A stretch of DNA of 63,998 nucleotides, filler included, from Octopus bimaculoides (taxonomy: Eukaryota): NCBI RefSeq assembly GCF_001194135.2. It is 5 parts of 5 records of this genome, joined end to end, with 100 filler letters (N's around TTAATTAATTAA, not from the genome) between each part and the next. Parts side by side here need not be neighbours in the genome. Positions count along the whole stretch, not along the records: positions 31,351 to 62,851 come from NC_069001.1; 4 more parts are not named here. One strand, given 5' to 3'. Position 1 is the stretch's first letter; every line of letters starts with the position of its first letter. The position numbers and the translations under genes are program-made. Below, piece after piece: positions 37,788 through 52,400 of this stretch. The notes under the pieces were generated by a model. The model was given only the letters and a program-made list of their open reading frames with translations, did not search any database and was not told the DNA's origin.

Positions 37788-40700
37788 TGAAGAGAGATAG
37801 AAAGACAGAGAGATATAGAGAGAGATGGATGGAGAGATGGATGGAGAGATAGAGAGAGATGGAGAGAGAGATGAAGAGATAGAGAGGGAGAGTATATGAG
37901 AGCGATGGCCAAAATGCATTCCTGCAAGCCACTCTGCTGCGTCTCCCGAACTATGTCTGAGTATTATTTCACCTAAAACAGTTTTCATACCGTTTCAACT
38001 ACAAAAAATTCACCAAATATGAATGAATCTGTTCGTTTGAAGCCTTTTAATGACTTCATATTTGTAATATCTTTCACCTTTCACTTGTTTCAATCATTAG
38101 ACTGTGGCCATGCTGGGGCCCCACCTTGAAGAAGCTTTGGCTGAATGAACTGACTCCAGTACTTATTTTTTTAAAGCCTGGTTCTTATTCTATCGTTTTC
38201 TTTTGCCGAACCGCTAAATTACGGGAACAGAAACACACAAACGCCNNNNNNNNNNNNNNNNNNNNNNNNNNNNNNNNNNNNNNNNNNNNNNNNNNNNNNN
38301 NNNNNNNNNNNNNNNNNNNNNNNNNNNNNNNNNNNNNNNNNNNNNNNNNNNNNNNNNNNNNNNNNNNNNNNNNNNNNNNNNNNNNNNNNNNNNNNNNNNN
38401 NNNNNNNNNNNNNNNNNNNNNNNNNNNNNNNNNNNNNNNNNNNNNNNNNNNNNNNNNNNNNNNNNNNNNNNNNNNNNNNNNNNNNNNNNNNNNNNNNNNN
38501 NNNNNNNNNNNNNNNNNNNNNNNNNNNNNNNNNNNNNNNNNNNNNNNNNNNNNNNNNNNNNNNNNNNNNNNNNNNNNNNNNNNNNNNNNNNNNNNNNNNN
38601 NNNNNNNNNNNNNNNNNNNNNNNNNNNNNNNNNNNNNAATATCTGGCACCAAGCTACCTACCCCAATACTGCCCCCGGCCAACTCCGTCAGGGGCCTTGT
38701 CCTGCGAGATAACCTGATTACTTCACTAGTACTGGTGCCACAAAATCAAAAAAATAGCACCCAATACACATTGTAAAGCGGTCGGTATTAGGAAAGGCAT
38801 CCAACTATAGAAACTTAACCAAGGCAGACCCAGGCTAGTCGAACCGCCAAAACCATGCCAGCGTAGAATACGGATATTAAACGATGACATCATTGGTGCG
38901 TGTGAGTGGGGGGGGGAGCAGTAGACGATCCTTACTCAAGTTGCTGGTCGTAAGTCTGCTCGATCAGAATTTTCAACAGATGTTCTAATTGCAATCATGA
39001 ATAAGATCCGTCTACGAATTAAAGTTTCTTTTAAGTTGGTCTATTAAATAAATATTGTTAGGCTGTAATAGTATTTGTATTTGGTCAATTGGAAACTAAG
39101 CTTTTTGTGTTTTATTATTTTATTTTTGTACAGTACACGCCTGTTTCTGAGTGAGTGTGTGTGTGTGTGTATGTGTATTTCACGTGGTGAGTTTACTGTA
39201 AACTAATGGAGACATTTTATAGTCATACTAGAGTCAAATTTGTTAATCCTCTTTGATTAGGACTTCACGTTTTCCTTAAAAGGGCGGTTTAACTAGTAAA
39301 GACAAGTTAAAAAGCTAAAACTAAACTCCCAGTCAACTCATTACACACACGCACACGCGCACACACACACACACACACACACACTTCATCTTTCGTAATG
39401 TACTGAATAGTACATTGGTAATAATAATAAAATTAGAACAAATGAAGGAACTGTTTCTTTATTTATATACAGGAATAGCAAGTCCTTAATTTTTCTAAGG
39501 AAACGAAATAAAAGTAGAAATATTTACTTTATTTACATTTAAGAACTTTTCATCTAACGAGAGAAAAAGAGAGTGTGTGTGTGTTCACACACACACACTG
39601 TGTGTTCAGGAACAACTAGTCAGTCTGTGACACCAACAATGGTGCAACAATAACACTTCAACTTGGAGTGCAACTCCTGGGGGTTAGACTCCCTCTAAGG
39701 GTCCAGAGAGGGGAATGAGGCATCACTAATATATTCGTCCTTTCAACAATTCTACGAACACCGGTTCTTCAGGAGTGTTCCGACAACTTAACAGGGTTAC
39801 AGGAGTGGGGTTTCATTAATGTCTATGCAGGTTGTTAACTACATTAATGGATGTAGCATTAGCTGAGTGGTTAAAGCGTTTACTTGGAAATGCAGAGCTT
39901 CCAGGTTCGATCTCATAAAACTCGGGCAAATGCTTTTTACCATAACCTCAGATCTACCCAAGTCTTGTAAGTGAAAATGTGTAGACGGAAACTATGCTGA
40001 AGCTCGTCGGTGGATTGAACCTATAACATGAAAGGTCTAGCCTTGTCACACCAGACACCATCGCATTGATTCTGTGTGAAGATTATGTTACGCGTGTCTG
40101 TGGTTTACCCAGCCACTTGCACTAAAATTTAATTAGCTGATAGCCCAATCGAGTGAACAACTGATTATTCACCATCGGCTTCGACGGTGAACCATTTTTG
40201 CTTTTTAGGTGATGTATATAGATGTATGGAAGTAATACCGTCGAGAGGTGAGGGTTGCCGAACCGCCACGCGTCAGGTCCGTCGAACTGCCACACGTCAG
40301 GCCCTAGAGCAGTCATTTAAATTCCCATTGGGCGTTTCCATGTAATTTTTATCAAAATATATACTGAAACGTTCTTAGAAATAGTCCCCCCCTCCAGACA
40401 GAAAAATTGAAAACATTTGGAATGGTAATTCTAAGAAATAATTATTTAATGAGATGATTGTTTTAGTTATAACAGAATGGGCGACTACAAGAAAATTTGG
40501 CGAATGTTTATTAAGTAAATAACACGTTCGTACATTCATTTACCCCACTTAATTCTAATTAATTAACAATGACCCCCCCCCACCNNNNNNNNNNCACCAC
40601 CACTACACAGAAAATGTGAAAGTAAAAACAGTGAAAGAAAATATTTAAAAAAAAAAACACGGAAAAGGTAAAAAAATAAAATAAATAATTAATTAATGCT

Positions 40701-40790
40701 ACAATATGCAGAAATGAAAAATAAATAAACAAACAAATAAAAGAATGCAATAAACAAAACACATTCTTTTAATGATCGGGTCCTGATAAA

Positions 40791-41163
40791 CACAACTATA
40801 CCTCGACTTAAGTCACATGGCATTACCGACCTAACTCGAAAAACGACGTAACACGAAAAAGCATTAGAAGGAATATTTATTAACGTTTATTCTGTTGAGT
40901 CTGAGGAGAATCATTCTCTTTTAGTGCCTTATAAATGAACACACGCACCGGTAAAATTTCCACTCATTTCCTTCTTTATTTTTCTAAAATTTTCGTTGCG
41001 TCTTGCAACCTTTTCAATAGTTGGTAAATATGTTCGCAGAGACCGCCATAAAGTCGAATAAATTAACTGAGGTTGAGATTTTTTAAAGGAAAAAAAAAAA
41101 AAAATGACGTAATGTAAAAAAAAAGACGTAACTCGAAACGACGTAAGTCGAGGTTTGACTGTA
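40791..41163. mobile_element. pogo/Tigger-like MITE
   Basis: Right TIR cgacgtaagtcgaggtttgactgta; left TIR remnant tatacctcgacttaagtc. Confidence 0.6.
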
Positions 41164-42107
41164 CTTTGAAACCATGCGAGATAGCATGTCTACCTCAACC
41201 GACCCTGCTTTATTCAAACATTATTCCGAAAGATACTAAAAGAAGAAAAAAACCACATAACATTCAGATGATACCTGGACAAATTCCTCCTCGAAATACC
41301 ACACAAACCACCGACATTTGGGTACATCTCGGCAAACAACTCCCTATTAAAGTGCATTACAATGTCCTAAACCTGACTTGAAAGACTGTGCCGAGTGGTG
41401 CTATTAAGTTTGACATAGTCTGGGCCAATAATGACCAAAACCTAGCTAAACCATAATAAAAGAACTAGTTCAAAGTGCCACTGCATTGGGATCGAACCCT
41501 AGACCTCATGGCAACGAAATAAACTTCTTAACCATTAGGCTATGCTGTCCCTGAATTTGTTTATATTATGTGCGCGCGCGTAAACAAACTATTTAACATC
41601 CTGCAATTGTGTTGAATATTAGATAATTCTAGAAATGTTAAGTTAAAAGGAAACTATTTAAAACCATTTAAAAGATTGAATAAATCATTGTTCTTTATTC
41701 TTTCCAGTGATGTCTACAGACAAATATTTCCTTCCCCAATGTTGTCGACTGTTGCTGGGAAAGATGTCGGCTGCTCAATCAAATCATAAAACAGAATGAA
41801 AATAGAAAATGAAATAACATAACATATAACAACTAGGATTTGGGCGGAAATATGATATTTCCATTTTTCGGATCCTTAATCTTCAACCTAATTTATTCCC
41901 CCGAGATTCTTAACTCACAAGTATTAGATACGTATGTACACGTTCGTTCACAGTTCCCTTTCGTTTACTGAGTTACCAACTTTACTGTACTGTGATCTCT
42001 TTTATCCTCCCTTCCTTTCTTGTACTCCACTCCCATTTCTTGCTTTATATTTTTCATCTTTCTTCACTAATGTTATGTCATCCAACCTCATCTTTGTGTA
42101 TGTGGAG

Positions 42108-42177
<70 letters not shown>

Positions 42178-42929
42178 GTATGTCCCTTGGATGCCCGTCT
42201 TTTTTCCTCAGTCTACTTTACGTTATCAGTATTATCCACATGCATGATTCTCTATGATCCTTTTTTTTTGTTTGCACCTTTGCTGGCTATTTTATATAGT
42301 CCAAGTTTCGCTTCCATTGACTTCCTCTCTATCTCATTATCTATTTATTCATTTATTTATTTGTTTATTTTACTTATGCTATCTTAAAGTTGAGTCACAC
42401 TTAACGCCTGCTGACGAGCCAGATAAGAACTGGAATTAAAGCATCAAATTTACTTCCCGTCTCATCTACTTGCTCTCTACACATTCACTGATCTCTAATG
42501 TTTTATTGCTACTGTCAGCTATTAACTATGTTGGTAACTGTTTATAGCAACCATAACAAGCACATGACACCTCACAGGGACTCAAAGTATGTAGTGTGTG
42601 TAAACGAATTAAAAGTTAGGTGTGGCCTTATGAGCGAAACATGCGGCCCTTTAATCAGCCAAAGAGCACAAGGTAGCGCATGAGGTGTGCTACGACCATA
42701 TCATCTTACTACGGTGTATATACGTACGTACACACACATACACACACGCACAGAGTGAAATAATCCAAAAAGGTCACGTGAGAGGCTGTTACTCGAAGTA
42801 TTCGTGATAGCCTCACACGTCTCGAGTTTAAATCTCGTGGTAGTTTCTTCGATTGCGTTCCCCATCCATCAGATGACCGGAGTTCGATTAAGTTCACGCT
42901 CTCCATCCATTTTACGTGTGCAATATTCG

Positions 42930-43890
42930 CCTCGAAAGTAATGACAGCCTCTGAGAAAGAGGGAAAAACCTCGTCGAGACAAAACTCCGGAAGAAAACCA
43001 AAACTTTCAGATAGGGACCGTCGGACTCTTACGCGAATTGTTAGAAAGGATCATAAAAGTACAGCTCCCAAAATTACTGCAGATCGTAATGACCACCTCG
43101 AGAACCCAGTTTTCACAAAAGCTATTCGTCAGGAGCTGCACAAAGCTGGTTTTGACGGGAGGGCTGCAATCAGAAAACCACTGCTTTCAAACACAAACGT
43201 TGCAAAGTGTCTAGAGTGGAGTAAAAATCTACACATTTGGTCCCTAGAGAAGTGGAAGAATGTTATTTTCTCGGACGAGTCATCCTTTACCTTATTTTCG
43301 ATCACCAGACGAGTATACGTGTGGAGACAGCCCCAAAAACATTTGACCCAGACTGCCTTCTTCTAACATGGAGGATCTGTGATGATCTGGGGGACTATAT
43401 CTTGGAAAACCGCCGGCCCAATCGTTTTCCTTCATGGCAGAATTAATAGTCAAAGCTTTTTAAGCATTTTATCTGATCAAATTCATCCTAGTTACGGAAC
43501 TGTTACTGGAGGGAAATCCAGTCTTTCAGGATGATAATGCACCCATTCACCCAGCTAAAGTTGTTACTGAATGGCACGCGGAATATTCTAGTGAAGTCGA
43601 ACATTTTATCTGGCCACCTCAGTCCCCAGATCTCAGTATTATTGAACATTTATGGTGCATTTTAGAAAAACAAGTAAAGAGTCGATATCTTCCACCATCA
43701 TCACTACAAGAACTGGGGACTGCTTTAGCTGAAGAATGGACAAAAATTCTTTTGGAAACAACTCAAACTTCGTACGAGTCCATACCTTGTTGAATTCATG
43801 CTGTAACTACTGCCAAAGGCGGTCCTACTCCATATAAAAATAAATTTGTTTGAAATTTTAAGGCGTTTCCATTATTTTGTCCAACCCCTG
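42930..43890 (+). mobile_element. Tc1-family (DD34E) transposon, decayed, right TIR present
   Basis: SGRKPKLSDRDRR...WKNVIFSDESSF...VMIWG...FQDDNAPIH...WPPQSPDLSIIEHLW...AKGGPTPY; ends tttccattattttgtccaacccctg. Confidence 0.93.
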
Positions 43891-44793
43891 GACTTAGCAG
43901 TATTTCTTCCGGTTCAGAATTCAAATTCTGCTGAGGATAACTTTACCTTTCATCCTTCGGGGATCGTTGAAAAAAGATACCAGTTGAGAATTGGGGTCGA
44001 TATAATCTACTAACGTCTCCCCTCCCTTGAAATTTCAGGACTTGTTGCTTATAGTGGAAAGGATTTATCATTAAGGAAGGCGATGGACAGACAACAGAAG
44101 AATTGCTAAACTCTGATATTATTAATTAGATCTCTTCACGTTCTGAGTGATAGCAAATCTGTTCAAATCCTGCCAGGGTTGACTTTAGAATTCGTCCTTC
44201 TTCGAGGGCTGGGTGGGGATGAAATAAAAACCAGTGATGTACTGGCTGGATTTTAGCCCACGCACCAACAATAAATTTAACGTTGACAAAAATTTTGATA
44301 TTCTTAATTATTGAACGCATTTACACACACACACACANNNNNNNNNNNNNNNNNNNNNNNNNNNNNNNNNNNNNNNNNNNNNNNNNNNNNNNNNNNNNNN
44401 NNNNNNNNNNNNNNNNNNNNNNNNNNNNNNNNNNNNNNNNNNNNNNNNNNNNNNNNNNNNNNNNNNNNNNNNNNNNNNNNNNNNNNNNNNNNNNNNNNNN
44501 NNNNNNNNNNNNNNNNNNNNNNNNNNNNNNNNNNNNNNNNNNNNNNNNNNNNNNNNNNNNNNNNNNNNNNNNNNNNNNNNNNNNNNNNNNNNNNNNNNNN
44601 NNNNNNNNNNNNNNNNNNNNNNNNNNNNNNNNNNNNNNNNNNNNNCTATTCTACGAGGAAATAGAGCTTTTTTAAAAACAAAGGCACGCCTAACTTTAAA
44701 AACATACCACGTGTCATTTAATTTTATTTTAAATTTGGAGATATAAAAAGAAAGAGAGATAACGAGGGGGAGAGATAGAGGGGAGACAGATAA

Positions 44794-44852
<59 letters not shown>

Positions 44853-47429
44853 CAAAGAGAGAGTGTGTAACGTAATTTAAAGATGTGAATCATCCTAAAA
44901 TGCGGGGATTTAGAAACGGTAAGGTTAACGTCTGGCATGCTGTACGATCATAGAGATTGAAGCACTTCTTCGCTTTTGCCTGAGCCACACTGTTAATGTA
45001 ACTAGTGCGGTGGTCTGGGGTTCGGCAGCCTTGAAAGGCAGCCAGACACGAAGAAGGACAGCTATGAGCGTATAAACCTTCACTGCCTGTGAGTGTTCGT
45101 GAGCATGAGCTCTCATAACCTCTCCACTGGTGGAGGTGCATAGCTAGTGGAAGCGCATGGCTTAATGGTTAGGGTGTTGGACTCACGATCATAAGATTGT
45201 GGTACCAGTCGAATGTAATCGACTTACCCACCTCCCATGAAATCGCTGGCATTGTACCAAAGTTTGAAACCATTATTATATTGGGGAATTTATAATATTT
45301 CGAAACAGAAAGACTATGTATATATGTTTTTGCAGTATAGCATCACCGAGCCTTAATCCAGTAAAGAGGTGGGGTTCCTGGGCCCATATGTCGCAGAATT
45401 AGATTCGAATTTCACATACCCCGTTGTCATAGATACTTCGTTGTGCAACTTCTTTATTTGTCTACTCCGTAGGAAACCGGTATCGGTTTTGTCTGGAGAG
45501 TTAAGACAGCAGATTTTGGGTGTGGTAGGTGACTGAATGAAATTGTCTTGTTGGTTTTGTGGAGATCTTTTTTAACTGAACAAGAGAGGGGAGTTTTTAC
45601 GTGGTTGCTCAACGTGCTGGGAATGACAGTCACATCTCCTACACATCGCACCCTGCCATTTTATGATATAGCTAATGGCTGAAGGACATTGTCTTGATAT
45701 TGCAGAAAATACCTCTTTGACTGAACAAAAGAAGGGAGTTTCTAGGTGGTCGCGCAATGTGCTGGAAATAATAGTCAAAAGCAAAGCTGATGACCTAGGT
45801 AGGAATTGAAATCAGAATGTAAAGAGCTTCAGCAAATAGCGCAAGACATTTTCGTCTGACAATCTAAGATTGCCTTACAAGAAAATAATACTCAGAAGAA
45901 ATGAAGAATAACAAATAAAAAAGAAGGAAATTTCCCCACCCCTCAAACCAGAGACGAGATGCTTTTGAATTGCTTCTTCAAAGATTCAGTTTTATATTTT
46001 AAGAAAAATTGAAGAGACTGCATCGAGTAGAGAACGTGACGTTAATAAATGCCGTTCTCTTGTAATATTGTCATGAATCATGTTTGCTTATGGTGTTTTT
46101 GGGTGAATGTCCTTGATTTAAACAATTGAATTAGCATGCCTTCTGTGTTACAGAAATATATTAGCGTCGTATTTGTTTTGTTTTGTTTTAACGTGAAGAC
46201 GGCGACGAGGACGACGCGAGCGCCATTTTAGTCAAACATGAACAATAGCACTTTGAAAATTAATAAAATATAGGAATAAAACTCGTTTTATCACACTTTT
46301 TTTAATGATAATAAAACGTCACAAACTGGGCTTATTGATCGATTCTAGATCTTTGAAAGGGGAGAATAATGAGGCAATGAACGATGAAACGTTGAAGTGA
46401 TAGGCATGCAGACATCTTGAAACTGAATTCTATGGCGTCTTGTTAGCATCAGGATATCAATTGCCTACAACATAGGCACACGGTCTGAAATTTTGGGTGA
46501 AGTGTTAGTTGATTATATCGACCGGTAAATCGGTCTGGTTTTGCAAAGTGGTAGCCATGAATATCAAAAACTCAGTCCCCTTGAAGCTTGAGAAAAGATG
46601 ACTCCCACACTCAACCAGAACCCGAAAGAAATCTATTTCCTTGTAAAATTTCTCCCAGAAAACACTGAATCCTATACGAAATGGAAAATGAAAAACTGGT
46701 GGGTTCAGAGATTCTCTAAGAGTCGAACGAAATACTTTGTATTTATTCCGGTACTTAACATTCCGATTTCAAATCCCGTCAGTCTCGACTTTGCTCTTCA
46801 TCCTTCCGAAATCGATAAATGGCATAAAAATGACGACGATCCAATAGAATGTCCTCCCCCACGTCGCCTCTAATTTTGGGCCTTATGTCTGTGTGAGAAA
46901 TTATATAAACAACATCAAACATAACTGTGTGGTTAGGAAGCTCGCTTTGCAGCCATATGGTTTTGGGTTCAGTCTCGCTCTACGGCACCTTAGGCAATGA
47001 TTTGCTTGACTAAAGGCGGTGCCCCAGCATGACCACAGTCAAATGACTGAAACAAGTAAAAGAGTAAAGAGTAAATGTGAAGGAGTGCCACGTGCTATGA
47101 AATATAAAGGAGCGACTGGAACCGCTTTGTAACAACTGAAAACTGCGAGTCAGGAGAAAAAGTAGAAATATGATCAGGTCTCGTAATACAACTTGTGATA
47201 ATAAATTATAAATATAATCATATGTACTGGAGTAAGTTCAGTTCAGAAAATATTATCAGAAGCGTGGGAGTGACGGGTTTCATTGAGAGGGGTGTGTACA
47301 TAAACGCGCGCGCGCACACACACACTATATGTATATATACATATTCACAATGTATATCTGTGTGTATGTATGTATATATATATATATACATATATACACA
47401 CGCATGTTTACAGACATCTGCACACATAG

Positions 47430-47519
<90 letters not shown>

Positions 47520-48424
47520 TATACGCACATAAGCACACACACATTTATTATTTCTGGGTCGAGAGTTACCGGAAATTGAAGTAACAATATGCAGCAAATA
47601 ACTAGTAAAGTAAGTACGAACATACGTTACACGGTAAGCTTGAAAATTTAATTAATCAAGAGTATACTAATTAAGAGGAGAGGTAGACATTGTTGAACAA
47701 CGATGAAATCAGCCAAAGAAATGGAAAGGGTGACAATTTGATGTAATATGCTGGGGTAGAATGGTTTGTTGCACCAAAGTCCCAATTCAGTTATCCTCCA
47801 ATTAGACGGTGGGGATATCCCCGGACAGGTTTCAGACATATTTGACCTCCTCAGAGAAGTATAATCAATTACGTGACTTGTTAGATGCTTATATAGAAAG
47901 AGATATATGCATACTCAGGGTAATGTGCATATGTGCTGGTGTGACAACATAGCATGATGCCCAAAGTAAATATCTCAGGAACATCAACCGTGTTACTGCT
48001 CAGGATGTTAGCTTTAAAACAGGTCACCTGAATTCACCTGATAGTTTTATTTGTGCTTTTAAAAATTTTTATTGATCGATAAAATTATTACTAAAAAGAT
48101 TCTATTAAACAATTCAATTTGCCTTCACTAATCAGTGTTAGCATTAATTTACATTTACTTAGTGATTCATCGTTACTTCAGTGAAGTTACTTCATCATTA
48201 CAGTGAAAACGATGCGTCGCTGACGAGGTCAGTGAAACCAAAACTTGTCTGGAGTTGTTTCCCCTTTTGGCCAAATTAGATAATATTAGTCTTTTTTCTT
48301 CATCTTACAATTATTTTTAGTTAGTCCCTTGATGCCCCCTCTATGTTAACCCTAACTTTATTATTTACATGCAGATTGCACTTCTGAATAAATATAAATT
48401 TGCTTAGTGAGCAGAGGAAGAAAA

Positions 48425-48459
<35 letters not shown>

Positions 48460-49439
48460 CACAGGGTATGTTCATGTGTGTTGACCAGTTTTAGGAATTC
48501 TATGACTGGCAAGAAGAAAGGAAGAGTTTACATTCAGACCGGAGACCTGGTCCGAATGCAAACACTGGTGGCCAAGTCTGTGTAGATCCCTCTGGAGGTA
48601 TATAGGAGTGAACCCCAATGACAGTATTAAACAGACTAATTAAATCTAGAAGAACAGGAACAATTCTTTGCTCCAAGGGGCTTCTCCAGAGTTTCTGTCG
48701 ACCAAATTTAAATTACAAGGCTTTGGTCCACTCAAGGCAATAATAGAAGGCACCTGCTCAAAGTGCAGTGGGATCGAATCCTAAAATATGTTGTAGCAAA
48801 GTAAAACGTCTTAACCGCGCAGCTGTTCCCATATTAATATTCGTAATACTTTTTTCACGAAACGCACTGAATAGTAATTAGTTTCAACTCCATTACTTTC
48901 TGTATTGAAACCCCGCCAATTTAGGACCTGCTTACCATTCCACTGACATCAATAAAATGTAGCGAGAAATCCATTCAACCCGGTTTAGTACAATATTTGG
49001 CATTGTGCCTTTCCATGAAAAGAAATCAATTTATTGACCAACGGAATTAACAGAATACATATTCTCAAGAAATTTATACTATGTTGTTGCTTATTCACAT
49101 TTCAGCCCTGACTGAATCACATCCGTTTTCAAAAAAAGTATGTATTAAACTAATTTGTCCATTTTGGGATATATGAGAGTTAATGGAGAAGGGGAAAACA
49201 TGAACCCTAACATAGTGACAATGATATTCTAAAAATTGCCAAATCCAAGTTTGGATAATGTAGTCGAGAGAACAGAATCCTTGCGAAAAGGAAACTAGAA
49301 GTGTTATGATTTGATTGCTTTTTACCACAAATCAGCTTGGTCAAGGCTAACCTTGGGCTGAAACAGCAATAGAAATAGCGGCGGCTTTAGTAATTATTAA
49401 CATCGTCTGCTTATTAGAACATAGTAGGAACATGCTTGG

Positions 49440-50270
49440 AAGTTCAAGAGGGGTGTATAACAGGGTCGAGTGTTATCACCAGATCCGTTTTCATAGTACG
49501 GTGAAATAATTCCGCTATCTAATGAACATTTAGCAAGAAGGACAATCCATTAACATGTTATGCAGACGACACAGGCCTCATAGAAACAACAGAAAGATAT
49601 CTACAAACATTAATCAATATCATTAATGATGATCGTGAAAAGATTGGTTTAGGTCTTAATATAAAGAGACAATGACAAAAAAAAAAAAACAAAGCAAAAA
49701 GAACAAAGAACCCACCAATTTGTGACATAAGAATGAATGGAACAACCTTGAAACAAGTCGATAATTTTAAATATTTGGGAACCATTATTACATCAGATGG
49801 GGGAAAACAAATAAATTAAATCAAAGATCGGACAGGCCGTAGTTGCTTTGTGTGAAAGCAAACATAGATCGTCAAATAAATGGCTACCTATAAAAACGAG
49901 GGAAAGAGTCCTGAAGGGATACATAAAATTCATTTCTACATATTGGTGTGTGATGTGGAACATCAACCAACAAGTAGAAAAAGATTATCAATGCTGCACA
50001 AATGTGGTTCCTCAGATGAACGTAGGAAAACAGATAGTCTATACAGTAGGGATAACCAAACACGAAGGCTTTAGACTAGTAGTAACCAGCAGAAAACAAC
50101 ATAAACGGGGCATCAAGCAAACTTTGTTGGATATCATGAGAATACAAAGCCAGCAACACTTAATGGCGACTGGAAAACTTAAAGGAAGAAGCAGGGAGAG
50201 AGGGGGGGGAGAAAGGGAGACAGAAGATACTCGATGGCTTTACCATCTGGCTACAGAAAGACTGACCCAG
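49440..50270 (+). mobile_element. RTE-clade LINE reverse transcriptase fragment
   Basis: GV*QGRVLSPD; YADDTGLI...GLGLNIK; LKQVDNFKYLGTIITSDG; KTRERVLK..I. Confidence 0.85.
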
Positions 50271-50614
50271 TAATTTGCTGTGTGGGGACTAGAAGGAGTA
50301 GAGAACTATAATCACCTATGTTTGTAGGCCAAGCACGAGGTAGAAGAAAGCTATTTGTAGTCTATGCAATGACTAATATGAAATCTCGTTTAAGAAACCG
50401 AATTAAGTTATTTCTGTCCCCATCATCTCCAATTTCACTGAACGTTGTTCATGAACTTAATATTTCTAATTTGTTAAAGTATGTATTTTTAATGACAACT
50501 CTTAGAAAAAGTAAAAAAAAAAAAAGACTCTCAGAGAGAAACATTATTCAATGTTTCACTGACCATCTTGTCTTATTCTGTTTTTTTTCTTTTTAGTACT
50601 CCAGTCGCCATCAC

Positions 50615-50704
50615 TGGTTCGCGGAGGTTGGTCCAAGAAAGAAGTACAACAGAGGTGTGTGCTATCACCAGACTTGTTTCCGCTGTACAGTGAAATAAAC
50701 AAAA
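50615..50704 (+). mobile_element. second RTE RT fragment (same family)
   Basis: KEVQQRCVLSPDLFPLYSEI resembles the GVRQGCVLSPxLFxLYSE motif. Confidence 0.7.
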
Positions 50705-51239
50705 GTGAGTCAAATACTGGAGTTGATTTAATACCCTCCCTTCATAACTTCTTCCTGCAATCATTGATTTTCCACAGTTCAAGCGGAACATAAACAGCAT
50801 CAATCTCACCGGGAGGGCCTGTGAAAGTCACGAGCACAGCCCTTCCTCCAGTACAAAAGATTATAAAATACAAAATAAATCCACAAGAGGAGCCTTTGCA
50901 TCGTCGCTCGACCAGCTAGAATTAGCAATCAAATCTCCCTTTAACTACACCCTACCGTCTTATATATATGCATACAGATAACCTTAAAAGTGCAGGATGG
51001 CTACTACTGGAATTACTACTCAGTCAAAGTTCCTTAGGATTAAGTAACAATAACAGATGTGTCATGAAGGGAGCCTCTATGTGGAAACCAAATCACTTTC
51101 GAACCACACAAGCACAGAAGTTTTAAAGCAAAGATACACGACATTCGATAAAAGTCCAACTTCTAATGAACTGAAAAAAAATATATATATAAATAGATAA
51201 CGCGGGATGCTTACAGCTTGAAAGTCTGATTGAAGGACT

Positions 51240-51680
51240 CCTTTAATGAGAACTAACCGCAGGGCCTATGAGAGTAGGGTTCAACTGGAACAGCGGTTCA
51301 TAGCTCAGAGAGTCAACTATCTGTTGGGTTTCTTCCATAAAAGAACTGAAGAAAACAAAATGTGCTCAACATCTTCGAATTTTGAGAGCCACTTTGCTTC
51401 TTCATCCGGCGGCCCGAAAATAGTTTTGTTCTGTTTTGCCAAATTTCTCTTTGAAGCCCTGGTTGACCCGAGACTAAACAATTAGACTATTGTTTTGAAT
51501 TCCCCCCTGGCTGGGACCAAACAATAAGCCAGGAAAAATTCCTGTGGTGACAACACCAGCGACACTTGTGTAAAAAATAGACACTGTACACCGCCTTCTT
51601 CCTACAACATCACATACAGCAAAAACAACAGCTATGTGGAGTAATTCAAGCTCCCTCTTTCTAAAAGAACCACCCACGAG
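51240..51680 (-). mobile_element. highly decayed RTE-like RT C-terminal fragment
   Basis: Weak matches to the YLGS..GG..EI and LKIR...ETW regions across frameshifts. Confidence 0.4.
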
Positions 51681-51977
51681 TAATTTACACTAAATTCAAA
51701 ATCGTTACACGGTTCCTCGTCTCCCATTTTGCCCTCTTCCTCCTCCTCCTTTCTTCGTCCACATGGGAATCAAAGATTTTCTCACTGAAGGATTTTTTTT
51801 TCTCTTCACCAGACAACCAATCCTTCTATCACACCCTAACGAAACCCAAACAAAATATTCAATGAAAGCTAAATAAATAGATTAAAGAAAAAAAAAATCT
51901 TCCAACTTTAAACCTATACTATTAACATCGTTCGTTACCCATCTCTTACTTTTCGGGCTGCAGAAGTAATTTAGGTT

Positions 51978-52011
<34 letters not shown>

Positions 52012-52239
52012 TTTTAAGGACCAAATCTTGGTTATGTAATGCAAACAGTCTTTGTGGCTAGGAAATATGTCAAAAGTCCGGGAAACGTCTAATATTTTTC
52101 CGGATTGTTTTTTGCATTTGGGGTTAAACCTTAAAAATAATAAACACCCACGAATCATATAACAACATTTATGTAAACATTTGTTTATGTATACCTTGGT
52201 GCATATACTCAGTATAATATTCTTTCACATGTCACACAC

Positions 52240-52400
52240 ATACGCACACATACATATTTGCATATAAGTACACGCACACATTTGTATACAAGTACACACA
52301 CACACATTTGTATACAAATACACACATTTGTACACAAGTACACACACACATTTGCATACAAGTACACGCACACATTTGCATATAAGTGCACGCACGCACA
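52240..52400. repeat. minisatellite of about 20-24 bp derived from (ca)n
   Basis: Unit acacacatttg(t/c)ata(c/t)aagtac repeated about 6 times. Confidence 0.75.

Noticed and set aside
41708-41800. Strong plus-strand acceptor followed by short frames
   Set aside because: No partner exon or donor; could be chance.
42411-42445. CTGACGA followed by a ccag/ctgg hairpin
   Set aside because: No GAAA or cleavage triplet follows, so it is not a hammerhead.
44890-45141. Cys-containing 83-aa ORF in unique-looking sequence
   Set aside because: No convincing donor site or homology I can name.
50597-50695. LIM-like reading YHQTCFRCT
   Set aside because: That frame stops at TVK*, and another frame matches the RTE RT motif much better.
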